A stretch of DNA of 64,000 bases from assembly GCF_001194135.2 (NCBI RefSeq), contig NC_068987.1, forward strand, positions 3,458,591-3,522,590, read 5' to 3'. Position 1 is the stretch's first letter. The number at the start of each line of letters is the position of its first letter. Of this stretch, positions 53,124-64,000 are shown one piece after another. The notes under the pieces are model-generated. The model was not told where the DNA came from. It ran no database searches and saw only the letters and a list, made by a program, of their open reading frames with translations. This DNA is from Octopus bimaculoides (Eukaryota). Both the position numbers and the translations under genes were made by a program.

Positions 53124-55002
53124 TAAGAAGTAAAATTTATAACAAATTAACAAACGATAGCATTAAATAGATTAATCATATCATGGAGTGAACAAAGAAT
53201 ATAAAGAATCTGGAATACGCAATCGAGGTAAATTTTTTATTAAAATAGCCATCTATATGTCATACTAAATGTATACAAACTATTGATGGGGCCTGCTACT
53301 GCAATATTTATCCTAAGATAACGCCTCAAATGGTTATGCTGTGTTTAAAGCACAACAAATGTCAGAGAGAAATGAAAATTCGTCTCGGCAGTGGCCAGTG
53401 AGAATGCCAGACGCATTTCAGCCTTTTTGGTTCAATGACGTATATTCGCAGTCAGCCACAAATCCGCGCTAGAATTCGTCAGTTCTGATATAGGAAATAT
53501 GGATACAATATTCACTGATGTTGTGAATAGCTGATGTTATCTCAGGACAAACACTGCTGTAACTGGCCTATCGATTGTGTCTATGCATTAAGTATGGTGC
53601 ACAGATGGCTATAAAGATTGATTTTCTTTTTTGGGTTTCTACATATCGCTTGTTGAATAGTAAAATAAAAATAATTATGCAGTGAGAAAAGACAATATAA
53701 GCTTAATAGCTAGCGCTATTTTAATCTTTTCAGTACAACTTTGGACATGTTTTAGTATTATTAAACTCCTTCGGCAAAGCATAAACCGAAGAAGTGATGG
53801 GAGAAACACTAATTGTATGTACAAGAGCAGGCGTAGAAATTAGGATATTTAAGAAATAAATTGCAGAAGTTAATTATTGAAGACCCACTACCACCACCAG
53901 CACCACCACCAAAAACAAATTCTTGTCAGTGGCAGAATACAGCTTACTGAAACTAGATGTGTCATAGTTTCTCCAAAAGGCCAGTGTAATTATAATACCA
54001 TTATCTTATATCATGCAGTGATTGTTTTTATATATAAGGATTTCGTCAGTGACAAAGCGCCCTGCCCAATTTTAATCGAACGGATTCAGAATGTTAAGAA
54101 TCGATGATAAGACCAATTCATATCTCTCACACTAATATTTATGTTTGATTTACTCCCGACTCTTTCTGTTCATTCCATGTTCTATATTTAGCTCGTCTAC
54201 TACAGGACTTTTTAACTTTTGAAAATGATCTCATACGCTCCCAAATTCGATGAACGAGTTGTTTTTTTCTTACAGTAAACCATGTTTTCAAATAATTCGA
54301 TTGTCCGGAGTTTTCCTTTTACTAAATCTCATGTCTTCATTCATTCAGTGTATTGAAAGAAATTATTTGTATTCGAGAGTTTAATCATCATCAATACAAC
54401 AAATGAAAACGGGATATGTTGCTAACACAAACATGACTGTACTTCTATTAATATTAGACTAAATTAATTTATTAGTAGTGTATATTCATGTGTTTGAAGA
54501 TAAAATTACAATAAATCGATACTTCGACTCAAAATAGAAAAAATCTGTTCAAAAATAAGTTTGCCTCAAACATTCTGATAAATCGTATCAGAATTAAAAT
54601 ACTGCTGGATTGCAACATCAATTTCTTAAGAAGTAATTTAGTCTCTCAACTGGTTCTAATAGCTATGGACTTTTTGAAGAGGCGGGGGATTCTCCAGGTC
54701 TAAAAATGCACAACATACGTCGTGTGTTACAACAGTGCCCTGACGATCCTATCAAGGTATTCAGAGGCTTAAGACAAGGCAAAAGGCGAATTGAATACGT
54801 ACCATTGAAACACAGAAATATTAATGAAACATAGAGACAAAATATAGACAAATATAACGATCCAATTACACCGTGCAACAAAAACGAACATTATTTCGAC
54901 TACAGAGACGAGAATAACGTTTTCTAGGGTAGTTTTATGCGTAGATCACGAAAATGGAAGCCGTTTCTCACAGAATGACTCTAGCTTTTCGGCTTTTCAG
55001 TT

Positions 55003-55508
55003 ATTACATTAAGGTGTAATATGTCGTTAAAAGTTCGCGATTTGCATTCGCATCTAGCTTTATTTACTCAGAATGCAGCAGACGTCAGCGACGAACATGG
55101 TGAGAGATTCCACCAAGACATAAGTCAAATGGAAACTCGATATAAGGGGAAGTGGAGTCCCTCCATGCTTGCTGACTTTTGCTGGTTTCTTCAGACAGAT
55201 AGACCCGATGCTATACATAGAAAGAAACATAAATATTGTACTAAAATATAGATGTTCTTCCTTTAATAAAAGACACAACGTATTTACTATTAATAACAGA
55301 AAACTCGCTTTAATTCTAGGAAAAAGAAAAATATTATTTTCACAGAAAACGGCCACTTTATAGTAAAAAACATTATTTAGTGACGGTCCATTTTACGAAA
55401 CACTGGAGTCATTTCATGAATAACGGAGTTCATTTTCGTTATCAATGGTAAAAACCGTTCCAGAAAATGATGTTCTCTTCTCTGTAGCAAAATCATTGTT
55501 GTACAGTG
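55003..55508 (+). mobile_element. Chapaev3/CMC-like DNA transposon 3' remnant
   Basis: CNMSLKVRDLHSHL..VSDEHGERFHQDISQMETRYKGKW..MLADFCW motif; probable right terminus ttgttgtacagtg at 55508. Superfamily assignment is from recall. Confidence 0.6.
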
Positions 55509-56649
55509 TTATTTTATCAATCGATGTTTGAATTAAAATAAAATAAAATAGATTTACCCGAGTAAATCCCACAGCCCATTTTGTGGTACATTATCAACCC
55601 TAAACATTTTCCCACTCAATAATAATAATAATAATATCTTGCCATTTCCTTCAGAATCCTTTGATTAATATCTAGGAGATCTTGTTTATTCTCTTCGGTC
55701 ATGTTTTCTTCTCCAGCCTGTTTTCTCATTCTGGTTTATACAAAATATTACAAAATGTTTTTGCTTATCTTCATCCCTCGTATTTTGCTTTCTTGATCAA
55801 CAATTCCTTTTGTTTCCCTATTAGTTTCAGCTTTCTCATTTGACATAAGACACCTTCTACTTCCTTTCTTTGCATATATTTCATTCCTGTCCTCCTGAGT
55901 TAATACTTCTCGTCATTCCCCATTCTTCTGTCTTCATTCATAATTTTCATCTTTTCTCTTCTTTTCACTCTTTCCCCAATTTTTCCATCTATTTTTTCTG
56001 CCCCTATCGGTTCGTACTCTACAATTATTGTCCGCTTTAACACACCAAACTCAGTTTCAGAAGCAGAATAATGTAAGAAGTACGTGATATTATATAATTG
56101 ACAGCACACACATATCGAGGATATATCGTTACAGATCTTTAACGAAGACAGCTAAGAACACAGTTATTGATATGAAAACCGTTGGTAAAACTCCGTATCC
56201 AGAAATGCTGATAAACATTTTTTACAAATGAAGTTAGGAACACGTTTATTAATATATAAATGGTCAATGTTCACGGCAATGACATGCCCTGAGACACCTG
56301 CGTTAAATCGTCAGGTAAACTCCTCAGGTAGAGTGTGTCGGGTGAGAGAGAGAGAGAGAAACAGAGAAAGACAGACAGAGGAGAGAAAGAAGAGAGAGAG
56401 AGAGAGAAGGGAGTGAGAGAGAGTCAAACGAATGCTACTGGTACATAGACACACATAAACACAAACGGTAATGGCATGCGCACATATACACATACCTCCT
56501 CTACCTCGCAAACACACACACACACACACACGGGTAATTGCCGTCATTGCACGTCTGTATGTACGTGTTCATTTGCCATTTGCGCTCATTTGAATCCCTT
56601 TCTCTTTCCCCCCTCTCTCTCTCTGTCTCTCTCTCGCTGTCTGTCTGTC

Positions 56650-56724
<75 letters not shown>

Positions 56725-57278
56725 TGCACACACTTTTACCTCCTTCTTTCCATAGCTAACAGATTTTTTACACCAGAGGAATCTGTCGTTATCGTTTTAA
56801 TATGATGAAGAAAGAGTAAAATGAAATAAAATATACACACACAAACACACACTCCCATGCTCACGAACAACTTGAAATTCTGAAATATCATCGTGCTCAA
56901 CGACATACACAAATACAACAAGGGCTTTTGAAGACATTTCTACAGATTCTATCAAATTTCATATAAATCCAACCCTTGTAATCCTTCACATCAACTCATC
57001 TCGTCATTTAAGTGTTTTATAGAAGCGAGTATTCAAACAATCGCCTTTTGTTTACTCGAGACCCTCGATTATCTGATTCATTGCAAATGATGAAAGGAAT
57101 TGCGATCAGGCCGATAATTAAACAATGAATAATTAAAAAGAAAAATGAACATACCCCCCCCCCCACCTACCACAACCACGCACACGCGCATACACATACA
57201 TACACACATACAGACACACATATTTATACATGTGTGCGTGCATGCTGCTGCTGCATATGTGTGTGTATATATATAAAT

Positions 57279-57329
<51 letters not shown>

Positions 57330-58196
57330 TGCATATGTGTGTGTGTGTTTGTGCGTGTTTGCATACAAGCATACATGCATATATGTACACATACACATGC
57401 ATTGAAGAATATGATGTCGTTTGCTAATTTTCATGTTGTTGTTGTTGTTGTTGTCGCTATCGTTATTATTATGGAGCCAAGTGTACCATCCAAAGGAATG
57501 GTGCCCAGCGTCAGAGTAAATTGGCCAAGAATCAAAAGGTCTCTTTACCAGTTTGAATTTATAATGAAGTAACGTCGAAGATTAATCTAACGCAGTGGCA
57601 AATGGTCTTCTGATCAGACAATCCCCTGATATTTGGCGGTTCTGTAAAGTTTATACATTAATGTTATTATTGCGGTAAAACACAGACCATAAAGTTTACA
57701 TGGTGACCACATATGCGAGTGATGTTAATTCTTCAAATTGGCCAGGAAATGTCAGTTTTCCTTGTATTGTAGAATAAAGAAAGGTCTCGTCTTTATTTAA
57801 TCCGGTTTATTGTGAAAAAAAAAATGACAGACAGCCATTTTTTTATTACTATTTATGAGCGATAGCAGTAAAACAAACACACAAACATGTAAACACGCAC
57901 ACACACGCACACACGCACACACACACATCCATTCTAAATCCATAACGTAGAGAAGACTGTTGGTTTATGTATACGTGTCACTAAAACACACACCCAATCC
58001 ACCCTATTCACATGATCCAGAAACAATCTAGGACAAAATATCTAGTGCCAATGCCAATATGGGTCACAGGCTGAGGATTATAGGAGCGCCAAGATGTCTA
58101 ACGGAAGCAAAAGGTACGCAAAGTATCCAGTGCCATTCCCTTCATATCCGATTTTATATCTGAGTGACCTTCTCCTACAGACGTGCTTTAACAAAG

Positions 58197-58249
<53 letters not shown>

Positions 58250-58991
58250 CTTAAGTGCCAATCTTGGGAAATCAGGCTTCACAAAAGCAGAAAGGAGAAA
58301 GCTGATTCGAAGACTACAGATCCAATCCATCACTAGAACTGTAAATATCCGTAAAACTTTCCAGGAGTTTATAATTTAAATATATATGAGCACGTCTAGA
58401 TATGCAACTATATGCATGAGAATACATACATAAAGCAAGATATACAAATCTGCGAGCATACATACACACATACACGCATACATACACGCATACATACATA
58501 CAAAACTCGAAAAATACTTTTTGGTTGTCAAGAAAGTTCTTGCGGTTTTTAACCTTTAAATTCAGAGGCACATATCTCGGCTCAAACAAAACTCTATTAA
58601 TCGAAATAAACACCGTCAGAATCAACACAAATTGAAATAAAACTGAACAAAGACAGACATACATGATGGCAGTCTACACGATCATGGCATTTGCTGATAG
58701 GTAAGTGTCGTTTATGCCCCTGCAAGTATTATATGTCGAGTGCGGCTTGCACAGAATCACAACGACTCTCACGAGTAATAGCAAGAAGCCCAGAGACAAG
58801 CAAAATGTAGGATATCCGGTTCAGCAGAGAAGCGGGTTTTATATACGTGTCAGCTTTCTCCTACAGGGATGCCATAACAAAGACAGGGGCTTCGTCACTC
58901 AGAGTCGGCTTGCTACGCCCTCGGATGCCAACCCGAGTATTTCTCCGTCCCGTCGCTCATATGTTGGTTAACCCATAAATGGATTCCTAGT

Positions 58992-59279
58992 AGTTAACCC
59001 GTGGGTTCATCTTACATACAACACAAATGTTCTCCGTACAGGTGAACTTATCAACGGACTAGGTTCTACAGATCAGGGATATTATAGGGGTACCAGACCT
59101 CTCTACTCCTTTAATCCGTAGATTAGCCTTACTTAATGCTTTTCTAAAAAAAAAAAAAGGTATGCTAGTTCACCGCAAAGGGTAGCATAAAAGCCCTGAT
59201 CTGTAGAACCTACCCCTTTGATAAATCCCCTGTACGGAGAACAATTGTGTTGTATGTAAGATGAACCCACGGGTTAACT
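58992..59279. mobile_element. MITE/foldback with about 87-bp inverted arms
   Basis: 58992-59078 pairs with 59194-59279 (agttaacccgtgggttcatcttacatacaacaca...). Confidence 0.8.
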
Positions 59280-59901
59280 GTAAAGCGAGGAATGTGGTAT
59301 ATAGCTTACGATGTACTGAGGATTCCTGGTTGGACCCCGTTTAAAGATTAGTCTCATTCTTGATGGTGTATCATTCCGCTCCACTCCCATTAACGTTGGG
59401 TATTAAAAGAAGTTTAAATGACTGCGAAAACTGAATGTGCAATTGTTGATGATATCTGCAGGTAATCTAAATTGATGAAATTACTCACCATCTTTTACAA
59501 CTTCCTCTTTCCTCTTAAAAGGCTCGCTTTGTGCCAAAACATGTCCTAAGTAGTCTCTTGTATCAGTTGAATTGATTAGAATAATATCAGTCATTGGGCA
59601 AACGTTATCTTATCGCTATTGCATAAATATTTCTAATTAGATTGTTGATATTCATTGCCTTGAATATTTTAAATCTAAATTCAAGAATATTTGACATTAA
59701 AAATATCATACAATACTCATTCTAGTTCGCAACATTTCCAAATGTAAGGTTTGCTGAAACTGAGATGAAATCTTCATTTTCGGCTGAAGCTAGGTAATTC
59801 ATACCTATTGAATGTCACAGCTTCACATCTTCTGGAAGCAAAAAAAAAAAGGCCTCTCTTTTCTAGAAAATAAATCTATGTTATCCATCTTCCATACTTA
59901 C

Positions 59902-59984
59902 AGCTGGCTACCTGCATTGAACAAACTTGTTTGTCGAATGGGAAATTTCGAAGGTTCATTTTACATGTTAATGTCATCGTGATT
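59902..59984 (-). CDS. Cys-loop chloride channel exon containing the Cys-loop (ITMTLTCKMNLRNFPFDKQVCSMQVAS)
   Basis: Acceptor cttattttcag|A, donor T|gtaagt; C-x13-C with FPFD; 83 nt, the canonical size in GABA/Gly receptor genes. Confidence 0.96.
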
Positions 59985-60096
59985 CTGAAAATAAGATGAA
60001 AGAGAAAGTAAATAGTGTATTCGTTAAATAATTCATGTAAATAGTTCAAGGTATATTAAGAATAAGCCAGTTATGTACAATAAATATATATATGCA

Positions 60097-60169
<73 letters not shown>

Positions 60170-60288
60170 GTCTGCTTAAGTTTCAGTAAATGGTTTTTTA
60201 AGATCTTTCATTAACATTTCTTTATCTTGAAAATTGGATTCATTTTTCATTTATGAATTTTCTGATATTTATTTCCTAGAAAACACAT

Positions 60289-60350
60289 TTTACAAACAAT
60301 TAATTTTACGAACAATTACATTTACGAACAATTACATTTACGAACAATTA
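60289..60350. repeat. 16-bp minisatellite, about 4 copies (tttacgaacaattaca)
   Basis: Read directly. Confidence 0.8.
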
Positions 60351-60990
60351 AACTTGGACACTCTTAGATAGAAATACAAGTGTTTATGACATTTATAATG
60401 TAAATACAATCGTGGAACGGCACCAGCTGTGACATATTATCTCAGAGAAACATCTCAAGGAGACTTAATGTCAAAAACATGGAACTTTGCTCAGAAGATC
60501 AGGAAATCACCAAACACAGGCGTTTCGATCTAATTTGGTCTTCTCAGTGGCGACTATTCTTGGATATTCTGAGCTAAGCTGAAAATGCTTGCCCCATTAT
60601 AGAAATTAGTAAACAAAACATTTAATGATTTGGGCGAAAGCTTGTGAAACTAGAATTAAATTAATATACACACTTGAAACAGACAGATTAAAATACCATT
60701 GTGTATAACATTTGTCACATGGAATAGTACTAGCTATAATATTTTGTCAAAAACATAGGGCTTTGCTCAAAACACAGACCTCTTTTATAAGTTTCTGTTA
60801 AAACTATTACACTTAGTTTCGATTTTCTTGTATATATAAATAGTTCCATACTATACTATAAATAGTTCCATACATCGGCATTTTACAATTAGTTTTGTGG
60901 ATCGGATTGATTTTGATAAAATGTTATGCGCAATGCAGTACAACAAATATTTTGCACAAAATAAAGACAAATAAAGTAAATTATATGTAC

Positions 60991-61217
60991 CTCATAGAAA
61001 AAAGCGTATTTCCCTCTTCATTTATTCGGAGCATCCTATTTGCCATTGTAACTTCATGGAAATTTGAACGTTTTTCATTTGGGAAATACAAGTCTGGTAC
61101 CCATATTTCTTTTATAGCATTTGCATCTAGTTCTAAATAGGTTGTGTTAACGATTCCTCGAAACATTAAACGGTGTTCACACCATCGCTGATATAAAAAC
61201 ATACTTAGTGTAAAATC
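60991..61217 (-). CDS. Cys-loop chloride channel exon, loops D/A/E (DFTLSMFLYQRWCEHRL...IWVPDLYFPNEK...GNTLFSMR); upstream exons outside the window
   Basis: Acceptor ctattgcag|GAT, donor AG|gtacat (phase 2); the W.PD.YF.NEK motif is present. Confidence 0.95.
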
Positions 61218-62528
61218 CTGCAATAGAAATGCCAAAGAGAGGTTTTAGTGCCATATCCCAGAATTGTGTATTTGAAAAGAAATTAAATTAATACGTTTGA
61301 CATAGTATGTGAAATCAGATAATGCAGGATCAGATATTCAAAGACAATCTTAATAAATGGTTTAGAAGTAATTAAAAAGAAAAATAAACTCAAAAGAGCT
61401 ACGATGACGCTAAGCAGACGGTGAGTGAGGTTGGGACTTAAGTTTTAAACCATTCTTGCCTCGAACCATGGAGAGATTCTAGCAACATCACAGTTAAGTG
61501 AGTGGGGCACTTTGGGATTTTATTGTTTAATCCTTGGCAGGAAAAGATCCAGAAACGAAAGCTTAAATATTGTTTGATCTTCAAACATTGTGTTAAGATT
61601 AGAGTTGGCAGCTCAACAGCTAATTTGATGGTGAAAGAAAAAAATGAGAAACGTGTTGTAAGCACCACATGATCGAACTTTTCTATTTTTTAGAAACGGA
61701 CAATACGAAAAAAACAAACAAACAAAAATGTCAAAGCGAAGATCTCAAGTTATTTTAGAGGTCTTATGCTAAAGATGGTGAACTTAACTGTGACCCTACA
61801 CTTAGAAAGCAAAAACGCCCAATAAATAGGATTTATGCAGTTAGGCCATGTTGGAACTAGGAACAACCTACCATATAGAATCCGGGAATAAACCATGAAA
61901 CTACATATATCTTCCATCTTAAATAAGTTCTCATCAATGATCCAGCACACATTTACAGCAGAGAAAAATACCATCGAGCAACGTCTATGTTGACTTGAGT
62001 TATGTTTTCTGTTCATTTCTTTAGCAACAAAAAATAATCTGGCTGAATTCGTGAATTCACAGCCATATGTAGGAAGTGAATAAAAAAAAAAGGAAAAGTT
62101 TGAGTGAAGGTAGAACACCTACAAAAATCAGCATTGCTTGGAAATGCAAGAATTCTTCGCAGAGTTCTTGAAGCATGACCAGTAAACAGGTGTCACCTTA
62201 GTCTGCTGGCTGTGGACAGGTGACACTTTCCATCAAACCCAGCAAAATAAGCTGTGAGTTCACTGGTAGTGAACAGCTGACACCGTAGTACATCTGCAGC
62301 GTTAGAAGCTGTGCAAAGACAATAAAATGATAATAATAATCCTTTCTACTATTGGCACAAGGCCTGCAATTTTGGGGGATGGGGATAATCAATTACATCT
62401 ACCCCAGTGCTCAATTGATACTTATTTCATCGACCCCATCGACGGAATTTGAACTCAGAATGTAGCTATGGGCGAAATACGGCTAAGCATTTCGCCCGGT
62501 GTGCTAACGCTTCTGCCAGTTCGTCGCC

Positions 62529-62670
<142 letters not shown>

Positions 62671-62990
62671 TGATGATAATAATAATTAGCAAGTTGAAAT
62701 GTATTTTTGTAATGTTGTGGTCGGTTCAAGAGTTGCAGTCGCATGATTTAATTATCTACAGCAGTTCCCTCTTTCCGACCCTCTCTAAATTTGTCAGGGT
62801 AGCTAACACACGAGCACGTGCGTATACATACATACATACATACATACATTACACAAAGATCAAAGGAGAAGAAGAGAACTTGTGAGTCTTTTTCTAGAGG
62901 TTGTCTGAGCGCTTCACCGCAAACAAGATAAATTATAATTATATCTTTTCTTATCGTTGTCTCGATATACTCGTATATATATATATATAT

Positions 62991-63027
<37 letters not shown>

Positions 63028-63051
63028 AGACAGACAGACAGACAGACAAAC

Positions 63052-63107
<56 letters not shown>

Positions 63108-63239
63108 TAAAGACAGGTATTCTCTGTATAGAATAGAATATGCTTCGTAATTCTCAAAAGGTTTAAACTTGAGCAGGTAGAGGAGTAAATGCAAGGATAA
63201 GCAAGTTAAGTAAATCGATTTACACAGAATATTAAAAAG

Positions 63240-63575
63240 ATTTAATACAAAAATGGTACGGACAGGAATTAAAAGGGTTAAATAACAGTTTTATGAGACC
63301 AGCAGCTGTTTCTGCGGGCTTGATGACCCAAAATAATGATTGTAAATTGATTCCATTATCGGATAATACCAGCCTCCGTCTTCAGGAAGGAATTTTACAT
63401 TTGAAGTGTGGACAGAATGGAGTTTAAGATGGAAAGACGGAGGCTGGTGTTATCCGATGATAGAATCAATTTACAATCATTATTTTGAACCATCAAGCCC
63501 CCAGAAACAGCTGTTAAACTTGCATAACTGTTATTCAACCTTTCAATTATTGTCCGTGCCTTTTTTGTATTAAAT
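63240..63575. mobile_element. Foldback/MITE with about 140-bp imperfect inverted arms and about 50-bp loop
   Basis: 63240-63382 pairs with 63434-63575; the inner arms are near perfect (aatgattgtaaattgattc..cggataataccagcctccgtctt). Confidence 0.8.
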
Positions 63576-64000
63576 GTACTTAATTTTTTTTTTTTGTATA
63601 TCGACTTGCTTAACTTGCATGTCCATCCTCTCTATCTATTTATCTATCTGTCTTCCTCTATCTTCCTATCTACCCTTCTGTCCTGGCCTCTACTTCACTG
63701 CTTCTGTCCCTTCCTCCTTGTTCCACTTCCTCCCTCCACCATCCTCTCTGCTCTCGTGTGACCTGTGGTCAACTTTCTTTTCACTCCAGCCGCTGTGAAG
63801 GCAAGACGAACTACTAGCGTTCTACCTCAGATTTGCGTTTGGCCGTACGGCTTTTGAATGTTGTTTTCACTGTCCATTTTTTCCTGTCTTGGTTTGTGTT
63901 TGCCACCTTGGAATCCTCTGTGTAGTGGGTTGATCCACTACTCAGGAAGAGACTATTCTAGAGTACGTCCTGTCTGGTCTTCGAAACATCTAGATAGAAT

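Noticed and set aside
56311-57572. THTH/CVCV/SLSL/ERER-rich ORFs (also many others, e.g. 62468-62744)
   Set aside because: Translations of (CA)n, (AG)n and (AAT)n repeats.
45242-61217. Identity as an octopus chemotactile receptor or a true GLRA ortholog
   Set aside because: Chemotactile receptors are nAChR-derived cation channels, whereas this has GlyR/GluCl M1-M4 and an anion-type M2. Orthology to GLRA is unsupported given the lost binding residues, so no gene symbol is given.
61750-62118. ORF as an upstream exon of the channel
   Set aside because: No resemblance to the expected V....I..I.SI.E..M exon and no convincing splice pair; the upstream exons probably lie beyond 64000.
63830-63860. 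aagccgtacggccaaac as a hammerhead core
   Set aside because: Both CUGANGA and GAAA are missing; only a short palindromic stem remains.

Overview
Repeat-rich, AT-rich animal genomic DNA with microsatellites, abundant tRNA-derived SINEs and several N gaps. It is most likely a coleoid cephalopod (Octopus); this is inferred from repeat families and protein style, not from a database search. Three spliced genes can be reconstructed from GT-AG boundaries and consistent phases. (1) GTPBP8 (EngB/YihA GTPase), minus strand: first three coding exons, exon 2 broken by a gap, 3' part outside the window. (2) ATG13, plus strand: complete 5-exon CDS (12185-38473, 486 aa) with HORMA domain, LIR and C-terminal motif, plus a speculative upstream coding exon. 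(3) A GlyR/GluCl-type two-disulfide Cys-loop channel with an anion-type pore, minus strand: five exons (61217-45242, 340 aa), N-terminal exons outside the window. Its agonist-binding loops have lost most canonical glycine/glutamate contacts, which makes it the most interesting object here. The rest is SINEs, LINE, Penelope-like and Chapaev3-like remnants, foldback MITEs and simple repeats. Most entries in the supplied ORF track are spurious. Repeat boundaries are approximate; exon boundaries were read base by base.
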